Shown: positions 13,208-25,300 of the stretch, one piece after another
Layout of the letters: each line of letters begins with the position of its first letter
Position numbering within the stretch: position 1 is the stretch's first letter
Assembly: GCF_023055435.1 (NCBI RefSeq)
Contig: NW_025963979.1
Span: 5,022,001 to 5,086,000 of the forward strand
From: Haliotis rufescens
Taxonomy: Eukaryota
Reading direction: 5' to 3'
Length of the DNA stretch: 64,000 bases
Made by a program: the position numbers and the translations under genes
Notes under the pieces: generated by a model
The model's input: the letters and a program-made list of their open reading frames with translations, nothing else
Databases searched by the model: none
What the model was told of the DNA's origin: nothing

Positions 13208-13737
13208 GACAAAGAGTTGCTTGTGTAGGACAGCATGGCTAGTGTCAGGGTGGCCCTGCAACACAAGATGGGAAGTGTTCCATGAAGTATTTGAATAATA
13301 TCCGGTTCATGGAGTGACACTAGAAGGAGGCCATGTTGGAATGTGAAGAATGAAGTGTACTCTTACAAGATGTATTTGTCAGCATGCGTGTCGCCTGGAT
13401 GAGACATGCGGGCAGAAGTTTATGTAAATCCATGAAGACTGTCACTGGGGATGTAACATTTTACCCTGTAAAACAAGTTTTACGCTTTTAGAGTGATTAC
13501 AAACCTAGACCTAGCATCTTGACGACATATTGTAGATTTCATCACTGAATTTTAGTGTTTTAAATTATAGTTTCACTTATGCTTGCGTATCTTCCTGTAT
13601 GAGAAATGTTTTAATTTTGGTAATTCTTACATGAAGAATGTACATGAATTAGAAAATGAATTTAATTTGAATGTTTGGAAGTATGTCCTATTGAATTAGT
13701 TTTGCCATGTATTGGAAATACAATACAGATACCGCTG

Positions 13738-13875
13738 CCTCCAGGCACAAGTCACATTGTATCGGCTAGTCTCCAGGTACAAGTCACATTGTATCGGCTA
13801 GTCTCCAGGTACAAGTCACATTGTATCGGCTAGTCTCCAGGTACAAGTCACATTGTATCGGCCAGTCTCCAGGTA
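13738..13875. repeat. 32-bp tandem repeat, ~4 copies, in MARF1 3'UTR
   Basis: unit ctccaggtacaagtcacattgtatcggctagt. Confidence 0.9.
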
Positions 13876-14645
13876 GGATTAGGTTTGTGTACTTGTATAT
13901 ACCAAGTACTTGTTTCTAGTTTCCAGGACACACAATGGGATGTGTTGTTTATGTTCAGTGGTGTTGTAGAGGAAGGGACATGATGGGACTCGCACCTAAT
14001 GACCGCAGTTGAAACCTTGCAGTGTTACTGTATCTCAGTCTGTTGAAGAAAACAGTTTTGTTGAGTTTACAGATATTATCGAATCTAATGATTGCATTAG
14101 TTTCATGTTAACAGGGAGTTTTGAAAGCTGTTGCTGTGGTAACCACACTAATCAAAGTGATTCCTGATTGGTGCCGTGATTACACAGCTGGCTATCTGGT
14201 TGCAGGCCAACACTGGACCATGTAAACGCAGTATCGCCTGCATCATGGTCGGCCAGGTCATGGGTGACGTAGCTGGATACACAAGTTCAATGTCTTTCCC
14301 TTCTTTGGCAACTTGTCTTGTATGTATTACAAGTGTGATGGTTCATATTTAGTTACTAAAAGTTATTTGTACTTATTTACTTATTTTCGCTATATTAGTA
14401 CATTTTCGTATGTATTTCTCCAAGTGCTAAAGTGTCATGTAGAGGTACATGACGGTAGTGATCTGGTACACCATCTTACAGGTGTAAGAGGGGATGATGC
14501 TGGCTCTAGGCCTCAATCTTGAGGCAAATTCATGAAGGAATAGGTTTATGAAGTGTATTTGCATTAAGTCCAGTTCAAGGTAATTCCTGCATGTGTGCAT
14601 GCAGTGTATTGTACATGATTCTCAATGAATTTGCTGCTTTTCTAT

Positions 14646-14651
14646 AATAAA
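14646..14651 (+). terminator. Candidate polyadenylation signal (AATAAA) for MARF1
   Basis: AATAAA ~1.44 kb downstream of the stop codon. Confidence 0.45.
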
Positions 14652-15376
14652 AGTGCAAAAATATAAAAAGTTCTGAATTTATGGTGTCCCTGTCGTTCCC
14701 TTCACATGAAGCTAGTGTGACCTGTAGTTACTAATTCTCCAATGTTTTATGATAAGGTTTTCAGAAGTTTCAGCATCTGACTACCACGTGAGCCAAGATC
14801 TGTTTATCTGTATTTTCACATTATTTTAGTATGACACTTTTGATTTGAGATAGTTGACATCTTAACTTGTCCACAAATGTTTGCAAAAGACATTATCTTC
14901 TTATTTTGTATTCCACATTGAAGTTTCTATCTCCAGTGCTTGAAACAATGGTAAATAATGTGTCGAATCCCAAATTGAAACAATATGTATGTGAGAAACC
15001 AGTCAATTGTATTACAAAATTAACTAGGTTTACAAATCAACACAAATTGCAATAATTAGGATGGCAGTTGTCAGTATCACATACAAAAATAGTGGTGATA
15101 GCAAAAGTCAGTGATGATATATTCACCCAGCAGCGACAGTGGTCAAGCTTCCAAGATAAGCGATTCTCACATGAAAGTGTGAGAGACTCATAAACACTCA
15201 TGTAAAGTTTCTATAATGTGCCCTCACGTCTAGAACTTAACATGTTTCTATAACATACTATCACCGTCCATGGTATACGGACCGGTATTTACACACCACA
15301 CTAGCATCTAAAGATAACACAATGCGACGTGCATCTACCAAATCTCGACATAAATAATTTAACAGTTACATGGCAG

Positions 15377-15439
15377 TTTATTGTTTAACAATGATTGTAA
15401 CAAATGCCAGTAAGACAAAGTATGGATAACTTCTTTATT
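15377..15439 (-). terminator. Candidate polyadenylation signals (two AATAAA) for B3GNTL1/QTGAL
   Basis: tttatt at 15377-15382 and 15434-15439 on the + strand. Confidence 0.4.
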
Positions 15440-15929
15440 TACTGTCAAGGGGACGTTTCGGTCAACTTCCAAGTAATGTCTATCAAACAGTTCAAATGCC
15501 AGTAAGGTTTACCTGAAATGGTCTTCATAGAATATATTCCAAAACTGACAAGTTCCTTTTTTATCTATACTAAGTTAGCTGATACATTGAATTGTGTACA
15601 TCTGTTAAAATAGCCAGTTGTCATGTGCCAACAAACATGTGACCAATAATCAGATCACCTGTCAAAATGAGAGTATCTGACCAAAGCTGATACGTTTTAA
15701 AATTATTATTTTTTAAATCAACTCTCAGTAGCATGTATGTGATCCACAATGCAATCACAGCCTGGCACCATCTTATCATGCTCCAGATGCTTGTGGGCAA
15801 TCCTTGGCAAGATTGTTAAAATTTTCAGTAAGAGCATTGCCAAGTTTCTGTAGTTGTTGGAAGGGACAGGACATCGCGAGAGGGTGGTCTGCAACTCTTT
15901 CCACATGTGTTCGTTGAGGTCTGATGACC

Positions 15930-16212
15930 GATAGGCCGCTGAAACTAAGGTGCACCTCCCCTCACTGACAGTTCTCGGCCACGGACACCAAGGTGCACCT
16001 CCCCTCACTGACAGTTCTCGGCCACTGACACCAAGGTGCACCTCCCCTCACTGACAGTTCTAGGCCGCTGACACCAAGGTGCACCTCCCCTCACTGACAG
16101 TTCTCGGCCACTGACACCAAGGTGCACCTCCCCTCACTGACAGTTCTCGGCCACTGACACCAAGGTGCACCTCCCCTCACTGACAGTTCTAGGCCGCTGA
16201 CACCAAGGTGCC
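15930..16212. repeat. 43-bp tandem repeat, ~6.5 copies, in QTGAL 3'UTR
   Basis: unit aggtgcacctcccctcactgacagttctcggccactgacacca. Confidence 0.92.
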
Positions 16213-16227
16213 TACATGGTCCTTGGT

Positions 16228-16308
16228 TCAGTTGAAGTGGACATATTCTGTTCCCTCAATAAGATTCAGAGAGGCCAAATTCTCCTCAAAACTGCCACTT
16301 GTTAGGTC
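16228..16308 (-). CDS. B3GNTL1: B3GNTL1/QTGAL terminal exon
   Basis: cccag|GACCTA...; [29 protein letters not shown]. Confidence 0.92.
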   Translation of the reverse strand, partial: DLTSGSFEENLASLNLIEGTEYVHFN

Positions 16309-19300
16309 CTGGGGGAAAAAGAAACAAGAAGATATACCATTTTTACAGGCAATAATGGTTTACAGTATGCCAGTCATTTATTTTGTCTAGAAAATCATGT
16401 CATGGTGTACAGCCTTCACAGGTTAGAATAGGACTTCAGTAACCCATGCTTGGCGTAAAAGGCGACTAACAGAAACGAGTGGTCAGGCTCTTGGACTTGG
16501 TTGAGCATGTTATCATATCCCAGTTGTGTGGATCGATGCTCTGGTCCAACTCGATTATTTGCAGACCGCCATCATATAGCTGGACTATTGCTGAGTGCAG
16601 CGTTAAACAACAAACAAACACATGAAATTGTCCCTGAATATCATTGACTGAAAAACATACTTAAATGTTCCACACAGCGATAACAATGACCATCGGACCC
16701 GGATTACAGTAGGTCCTGAGCACTCTATTGGTGGGCGTGAGAGGCGAATAAATTTAATCAGTTCGTCAAGCTCAGTTGATTGTGTATCAACTTACCCTGA
16801 TGGCCTAAGATGTTCATCATATCAAACTTTGGTTTGTCTGGCCCAGCCATAATTATTCAGGAGCCCATGTGATACGATACAGCTAGGATATTGCTGACTG
16901 TGAGGCAAAACAAACAAACTAGGATTACCTGTTTCACACAGATGATGAGCGGTGGAATGGCAGTACTGAAATGCATGATGGGAAGTCGGGGTTTAGGACG
17001 CTCCTGCAACAATACAACATACACACTGTGACATTACAACATACACAATGTGACATTACAACAATACAACATGCACAATGTGACATCACTACAATACATA
17101 CAATACAATACAGACCCCCCTAGACTTTTCCTCTTTTTTCGGGAAAACCTGCTCACATCCCTGAACAATACAACATACACAATGTGAGATCACTACAATA
17201 CAACATACACAATGTGAGATCACTACAATACATACACAATGTGACATCACAACACTACAACATACACAATGTGACATCACAACAAAACAACATACACACT
17301 GACATCACAACAAAACAACATACACACTGACATCAAAACACTACAACATACACACTGTGACATCACAACACTACAACATACACACCGTGACATCACAACA
17401 CTACAACATACACAATGTGACATCACAACAATACAACATACACTCTATGACATCCCAACACTACAACACTACAACATACACACTGTGACATCACAACAAT
17501 ACAACATACACAATGTGACATCACAACACTACAACATACACAATGTGACATCACAACAATACAACATACACTCTATGACATCCCAACTCTACAACACTAC
17601 AACATACACACTGTGACATCACAACAATACAACATACACAATGTGACATCACAACACTACAACATACACACTGTGACATCACAACAATACAACATACACA
17701 ATGTGACATTACAACAATACAACATACACAATGTGACATCACAACACTACAACATACACAATGTGAGATCACTACAATACATACAATACAATACAGACCC
17801 CCCTAGACTTTTCCTCTTTTTTCGGGAAAACCTGCTCACATCCCTGAACAATACAACATACACAATGTAAGATCACAACACTACAACATACACAATGTGA
17901 CATCACAACACTACAACATACACAATGTGAGATCACTACAATACATACACAATGTGACATCACAACACTACAACATACACAATGTGACATCACTACAATA
18001 CATACACACTGTGACATCACAACACTACAACATACACACCGTGACATCACAACATACACAATGTGAGATCACTACAATACATACACAATGTGACATCACA
18101 ACACTACAACATACACAATGTGACATCACAACAATACAACATACACACTGACATCAAAACACTACAACATACACAATGTGAGATCACAACAATACAACAT
18201 ACACAATGTGACATCACAACAATACAACATACACACTGTGACATCACAACAATACAACATACACACTGACAACATACACTATGACATCACAACAATACAA
18301 CATACACAATGTAAGATCACAACACTACAACATACACAATGTAAGATCACAACACTACAACATACACAATGTGACATCACAACACTACAACATACACAAT
18401 GTGAGATCACTACAATACATACACACTGTGACATCACAACACTACAACATACACAATGTAAGATCACAACACTACAACATACACAATGTGACATCACAAC
18501 ACTACAACATACACAATGTGAGATCACTACAATACATACACACTGTGTCATCACAACACTACAACATACACAATGTGAGATCACTACAATACATACACAA
18601 TGTGACATCACAACACTACAACATACACAATGTGACATCACTACAATACATACACACTGTGACATCACAACACTACAACATACACACCGTGACATCACAA
18701 CATACACAATGTGAGATCACTACAATACATACACAATGTGACATCACAACACTACAACATACACAATGTGACATCACAACAAAACAACATACACACTGAC
18801 ATCAAAACACTACAACATACACAATGTGAGATCACAACAATACAACATACACAATGTGACATCACAACAATACAACATACACACTGTGACATCACAACAA
18901 TACAACATACACACTGACAACATACACTATGACATCACAACAATACAACATACATACTGTGACATCACAATATACATACTGTGACATCACAACAATACAA
19001 CATACACACTGTGACATCACAACAATACTGCACAAAGTTATATTCTGGTGCTACAACTTCAACATGCTATTCTAATGTCACAATATATCCTATAAAGCAT
19101 TATATTATTTTAATCATCCAGTTTAGTCCATAAGTGCAGTTGTATTCCACAAAACAAACACAGTATATATTGTATCCATCTGCCTGAGACCACTGTAGAA
19201 ATGGTGGTGGTGGAGGAATTGCCTCCCTTACCTTGGACTCCTCGTAGATGTACACTCCTTTACTGATCTTCTTTGCATCCACATCACAGAAGCCACACAC

Positions 19301-22300
19301 CTGCAACACCAAACTCATACATCACTGGAGGGCCATACAGTTTGTATCTTGCAGTAGAGACACTTACCACAAGTACACATAGATTCAGGCTTCCAGGCCG
19401 GCCTGTAGGGCAAAATATACTCAACTCCAAAAGAAACGCAAGTTGTACATAAAATGGTGATGATGTTATGACCATAAAAAATATGAAGATAATATTTTAG
19501 AAATGATAACAGAGAAAACATTTGATAACAAATTGGCATTGATTGTTTGATGACAACCGTCCGTGTTTATTGAAAAATCCCTCCGAAAACAGGGAACCCC
19601 CAAAACTGAAAAATGACAATGAAAAAAATTTTAAATGTGTCGGTCGTGTCCATTAATAGCATGGCCTCTGTTAGCTGTAAATCAGGCCACACATCGCCAT
19701 CTCATTGAGTCGACAAGTCTTTGGAAGAAGGCTTGAGGAATCTTGTTCCATTCCCGCAGCGAAAAATCTTCCAGTTCCTCAAGTGTATGAGGCTTCCTTG
19801 CAGCCTGAAGACTTCTCCCAATCTTGCCCAAGACACGCTTAGTTGGCACCAGGTCCGATGACATACACGGCCAGGGCATCACAGGAATGTTATTCACTCT
19901 GTGCAAGTCCACAGAGACCCGTGCTGTGGGGACGAATGTTGTCCCGCTGACAGACATGGAGTTGAGCTTGACCCAGGAAGAGAGGTGTGACGTGATTACA
20001 AAGAACATCATCCCTGTACACGACAGCAGTCACACGCTGATGGAAGACGTGTAGAGGGGTAACTGCAGCCTTCCCACACCATGATGCTTATTCCTCCCCA
20101 CCGGTCAGCCTGTAAGACACAGCAGTTAGCGTAACGCTCATTACGTCGTCTCCATACTCTGATGTGGCCATCAGTATGAGAAAGGGCCCACTACACATGT
20201 TGTTGGTGGTGACGTTGAGTCAGTATCTGATAGCATCTGATTCCCGCCATTCTTAGACGACAAACTGTGTCAGCAGACACAGGATGACGTGGATCTTGAA
20301 TGGTTGCAGCAGTCTGTGTGGCTTGTCGCTGTCCGTCACCCGAATGTAACGGTCCTGCACTGGAGTAGTGACCCTCGGCCGTCCAGAACGAGGCTGGACT
20401 TGGACAGTGTCTGTCTGTTGATGCCCTGCGGCCAATCTGGTGATGGCAGACACATGACATCCAAAGTGCCAGCCACTGCAGTTGATGCTGATCCGGCCTG
20501 TAGCATCCCATTGGCATCGTCTCTCTGAAGTTCAGTTAATCCAGTGTGAAATGCTTGGTGTTTTTTTTATATTGTGGCTTATAAAGGTGGACAAGGATGG
20601 GATTTGTGATTTGCCCTGCACATGTTAAGAAACATCATCACTAACAAGATGCCATACAGCTGTACTTATACTAACTGGAAAAACATCATCACTCACAAAA
20701 TGTCCAACATTGACATTACTTCAGACACATTCACCAGTATATATACTTGAGCTTTCACAGGAGTTAGGTTCATGCAGGTCAAATATCAAACAATGTCTAC
20801 ATATGTCCCTTACATTCCTGGCTACACAAAGAATTTCATCTTGTACTTACACTGCATCTTGCATCAAATTCCACTCACTAAGTTTTGTATGTAATGATCA
20901 GATTACAATACATTTCACCTACCTTCTTCTGATTCTCAGGTGTAAGAGAACGAAAGAGTTTTCTCCCCTGTTTCCCAGCATTCCAGATTGTGAATTTGGA
21001 CCAATGAGACAGTACCTGTTTCTGTAGGAAGTCAACTCTCAGATTCCAGATGGTGTCCCTGAAGGAAAGCTTCAAATCATACATACCGGTAACATGGCAA
21101 CATTGGAGTAACAACAGGGAGGGTTTGGCAGACTCATGGAAAGATATGTATCTTGTTAAAGCCACAGTCAGCAATATTCTAGTCACATCATGGCAGCCTG
21201 ATAATATTGTTTTTTGTTGTTTAACGCTGCACTCAGCAATATTCCAGCTAAATAATGGTAAATATCCAACTAGGACTCTCATCTATACCCTGTACATCAC
21301 GACCAGTGAAGATCTGGGTTAGAATAGGTCTTCAGCAACCCATGTTTGCCGTAAGGGGCGTCTATGCTTATTGTTAGAGGCGACTAACAGGATCAGGTGG
21401 TCAGGCTCACTGAATTGGTTAATGCATGTCATCCCAATTGCATAGATTGATGCTCATAACATCAATCACTGGATTGTGTGGTCCAGACCTGATTATGACT
21501 ACCATCGTATAGCTAGAATATTGCTGAGTGCAGTATAAAACAACAAACAAACAAACAAACAAACAAACAAAAACCTGTACATGACTTGCTTGATAATGGT
21601 GTTAGAACCTACACTGAAACACGTTCCTAAATGTAATAAAGAAGTTGTTCATCCATATATCATATTTCTTGATCAACTTCATGTTAGAATGGTTTGATGA
21701 GGCATTAATATTCAGCAATATCATGGCAGGGAACACCAAAACGGAGCTGTACACATTGTGCCCATGTTGGGAATCGAACCTGGGCCTTTGGCCCATTTTT
21801 ACCACTGGGCTACCCCATGGCCCCTCAACATGGTGTCATCAACTTGTCATCTATTCAACTAGGTCTCCAGTGCTACATGCTTCTATCACCTGTATGAAAT
21901 GAATAGGTGCAAGTAGACCATTGATCACAGCAACTGTGATATAGACAATTTGTCTTGTCATCTGCCTGAGACAGACATACTCATGGACAGAGAATGTTGT
22001 GGCTTGTGGGTGGTATCTGTAGGTGAGCAGGTCTCGGTCCACACGCACCACGTCCCCATCCAGGTCCAGGTGTCGGTAGAAGAACATCAGGTCCTCTGGA
22101 ACTCCCTGCACAGATGAGACAGATGAGACAGATAAGACATCAGTATGCAGGAATAATGTAGTGATATATGGAATCGCTGATCAAACATTACATCTCCATT
22201 GATTCCCTAGCACAAGACACAACAATAGAACTGCTGCGAGACAAAATGAGATTCAACAATAGAATTGCTGAGACAGAATGAGACACAACAACAGTGAGTG

Positions 22301-25300
22301 AGTGAGTGAGTGAGTGAGTTGGGTTTAACATCGTTTTTAACAGTATTCAAGTTATATCACGGCATGTCAGCTTAATGTGGGAGGAAAGCCCGAATTGATG
22401 CAGGTCTCAGACGTTTACCACTTCGGTGAAACCCACAAGCACGGGTATGGTGCTGACAAACCTAGAAACATAATTGGGGCAAACCGGGATTCAAACCCAC
22501 AATAATAGGTTTCTAGCGTGCCCAAGGGACGCAACTCTACACAGCAAATCGTGGCGCCTTAGACGACTGGGCCACCCGTGCCCCCGACACAACAGAATTG
22601 CTGTGAGACAAAATGAGGTACAACAACAGAATTGCTGTGAGGCAAAGTGAGAGGTGAGTCTGAATGGTAAGCATATTTAATCCACTCGCACAAACATGTC
22701 CTGCAGTAACTATAGCTCATACATAAGCGGAACATAATGTAACTGAACATTGGCATTAGTCTAGCTGCTGAAGTACTTGACAATTCCTCTGATCAAAACC
22801 CACCTTGCCACCTTCATCGAAGCCACTGACTTTGTTGAACACTTTCCTGGAGCAAAACCATGTTGGCATGATGACAGTTGGTCCGTGCGATGTGAACACC
22901 TGGGAGACAAGACATGTCCTTACTCACAATTAAAGGTTACTCTGGTTTTACTCCCACTCACAGTATAACTCATCAAGGTTTTATATGCTATGATTCATAT
23001 CTCTTCCAGACTTGACTACTTACAGGTGACGTGAAGTGGGGTTTAATGTAGAGATCAAGATTATTTCACTCATACAGCAGCATGCATGGATGTGTGTGTG
23101 TGGCGGCTTGTACTAGTCCGGATCAATGACAGTTTTCTACTACAAGCCCACTGAGTAACAAAGATACCAACTCACACACAGTATACTGACTCCATGCAAA
23201 CCAGTTCTTGTGTTATCCCCATAATTCAGAGTGACAGGCAGGGTAACAACAAGTACCATCTTTTAACATCGTTTGGTAGGATGCGCCTGGGGCTCAAACC
23301 ACCCCACATATAGTGTTTCTCATCTTAGTGTTTCACATATAGTGTTTCTCATCTTAGTGTTTCACATATAGTGTTTCTCATCTTAGACAAGAATAATAAG
23401 GACCGCCTCCCTGGTCTAGTGGAAGAGCGACTGCCCGGAAAGGGGAAGGTTGGTGGTTCGATCCCTGGCCACATAATACCAAAAGATGTTAAAAGATGGT
23501 ACTTGTTGACAGACAGACAGACATATATGTCGCAATATAAGTGCAATAATTTAGAATGCGAAGAAACTCCATTTCGCTTCACTTCACAAGATCAATAAGG
23601 GAATTTCCATTTAATATTCGAGGGGAGGAGTACTCTGAAAGGAAGAGCTGAGTACTTACTTTTTTTTCAAAATACATTTATTTGCTGAAACAGCCAACAA
23701 TTACAGGGCAGGTGTGTTTTTTCTCCACTTTTCAGTGAGTTCCCACAACACTTACCTGTAGAGGCAGCTGGTCCGGAGACAGGGAATTAGCCCACCGGGT
23801 GAACCTGAGCGTGGAGTCTCCAGGTGTACGATGGAAGCAACAGCCAATTATCTACAACACAGCATTGCTGCACATCAGATCCAGAGTGGCGTCCTGTTAT
23901 AGTACACTGGTATCACGATACATCGGTACAAGGATACAAATAGCTGGTACCAGTCATTTTCAGGAAAATAACCTTATCAACTAATCAGTAGATATGGCGG
24001 ACATTATGTGAGCTATATCATTCTCAGATGATTCTGAATAGTTCATAAAAATTATGATGACTGCTTCGTCTTTTAACGTTTCTGACAAAATTTATATTTC
24101 TTCTCTCACTGAGAAGTGTTCCTTCCATCTGATCAAGAGGACTCACAGCATTTGGGTGTGCCCTGGCAGCCTCAATCTGACTTCTGATGCGGTCACAGTG
24201 CATCACGTCATCCTACAACAAACATCTTTATTCTTTAAGCATACACTGGACAATATTGATTTGAATGTTATATCAATGACTTGCATTTTGTCATATTCTA
24301 ATATGTTTTGTCTAGTGCCTTGGTATCCATTTCTGCCTGAGAGAACAATATCTGAAGATCATACTCGCAGACAGACACGTTTGGGGTAGTTTTTACATTA
24401 TTTCCATTTTATGATGTGAAGAGATGGATTCATTTCCCAATCATTTTAATGAATCTCTGTTTGGTTGATACTTAATGTCCTTCAGATGCATGTTTCTTCA
24501 TTGCTTTAATAAGGTTTACACAGTGCAGGAAGGGAAGTGGTGTTAGTTTGTAAATATAAACAGAAATCAAATTAAACATAAATGGGAACAATGACACATG
24601 ATTTGTGCTGTATGACAAAGTATAGAGTGCTGCATGTCAGTAAAATGTGCACTAATGTCATGGAGCATATAGTGTGTCAGTAAAGTAAGTACCTACAGCA
24701 TAGAGTGTGTCAGTAAAGTAAGTACCCACAGCATAGAGTGTGTCAGTAACGTATGTACCCACAGCATAGAGTGTCAGTAAAGCATGTACCCACAGCATAG
24801 AGTGTGTCAGTAAAGTATGTACACACAGCATAGAGTGTGTCAGTAAAGCATGTACCCACAGCATAGAGTGTGTCAGTAAAGTAAGTACCTACAGCATAGA
24901 GTGTGTCAGTATAGTAAGTACCTACAGCATAGAGTGTGTCAGTAAAGTATGTACCCACAGCATAGAGAGTGTCAGTAAAGTATGTACACACAGCATAGAG
25001 TGTGTCAGTAAAGCATGTACCCACAGCATAGAGTATGTCAGTAAAGTAAGTACCTACAGCATAGAGTGTGTCAGTAAAGTAAGTACCTACAGCATAGAGT
25101 GTGTCAGTAAAGTAAGTACCTACAGCATATAGTGTGTCAGTAAAGTAAGTACCTACAGCATAGAGTATGTCAGTAAAGTAAGTACCTACAACATAGAGTG
25201 TGTCAGTAAAGTAAGTAGCCACAGCATAGAGTGTGTCAGTAAAGTATGTACCCACAGCATAGATTGTGTCAGTAAAGCATGTACCCACAGCATAGAGTGT

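Noticed and set aside
12454-13320. 288-aa - strand ORF
   Set aside because: Antisense shadow of the S/T-rich MARF1 terminal exon.
17089-18917. Cys-rich (SHCVCC) and His/Thr-rich ORFs resembling metallothionein or keratin-associated proteins
   Set aside because: CA-rich satellite inside a QTGAL intron; frameshifting unit variants; no independent gene structure.
23400-23475. tRNA-like sequences here and at 22490-22587, 33190-33264 and 36305-36385
   Set aside because: A/B boxes are followed by SINE cores and tails, with no intact cloverleaf. These are SINE heads, not tRNA genes.
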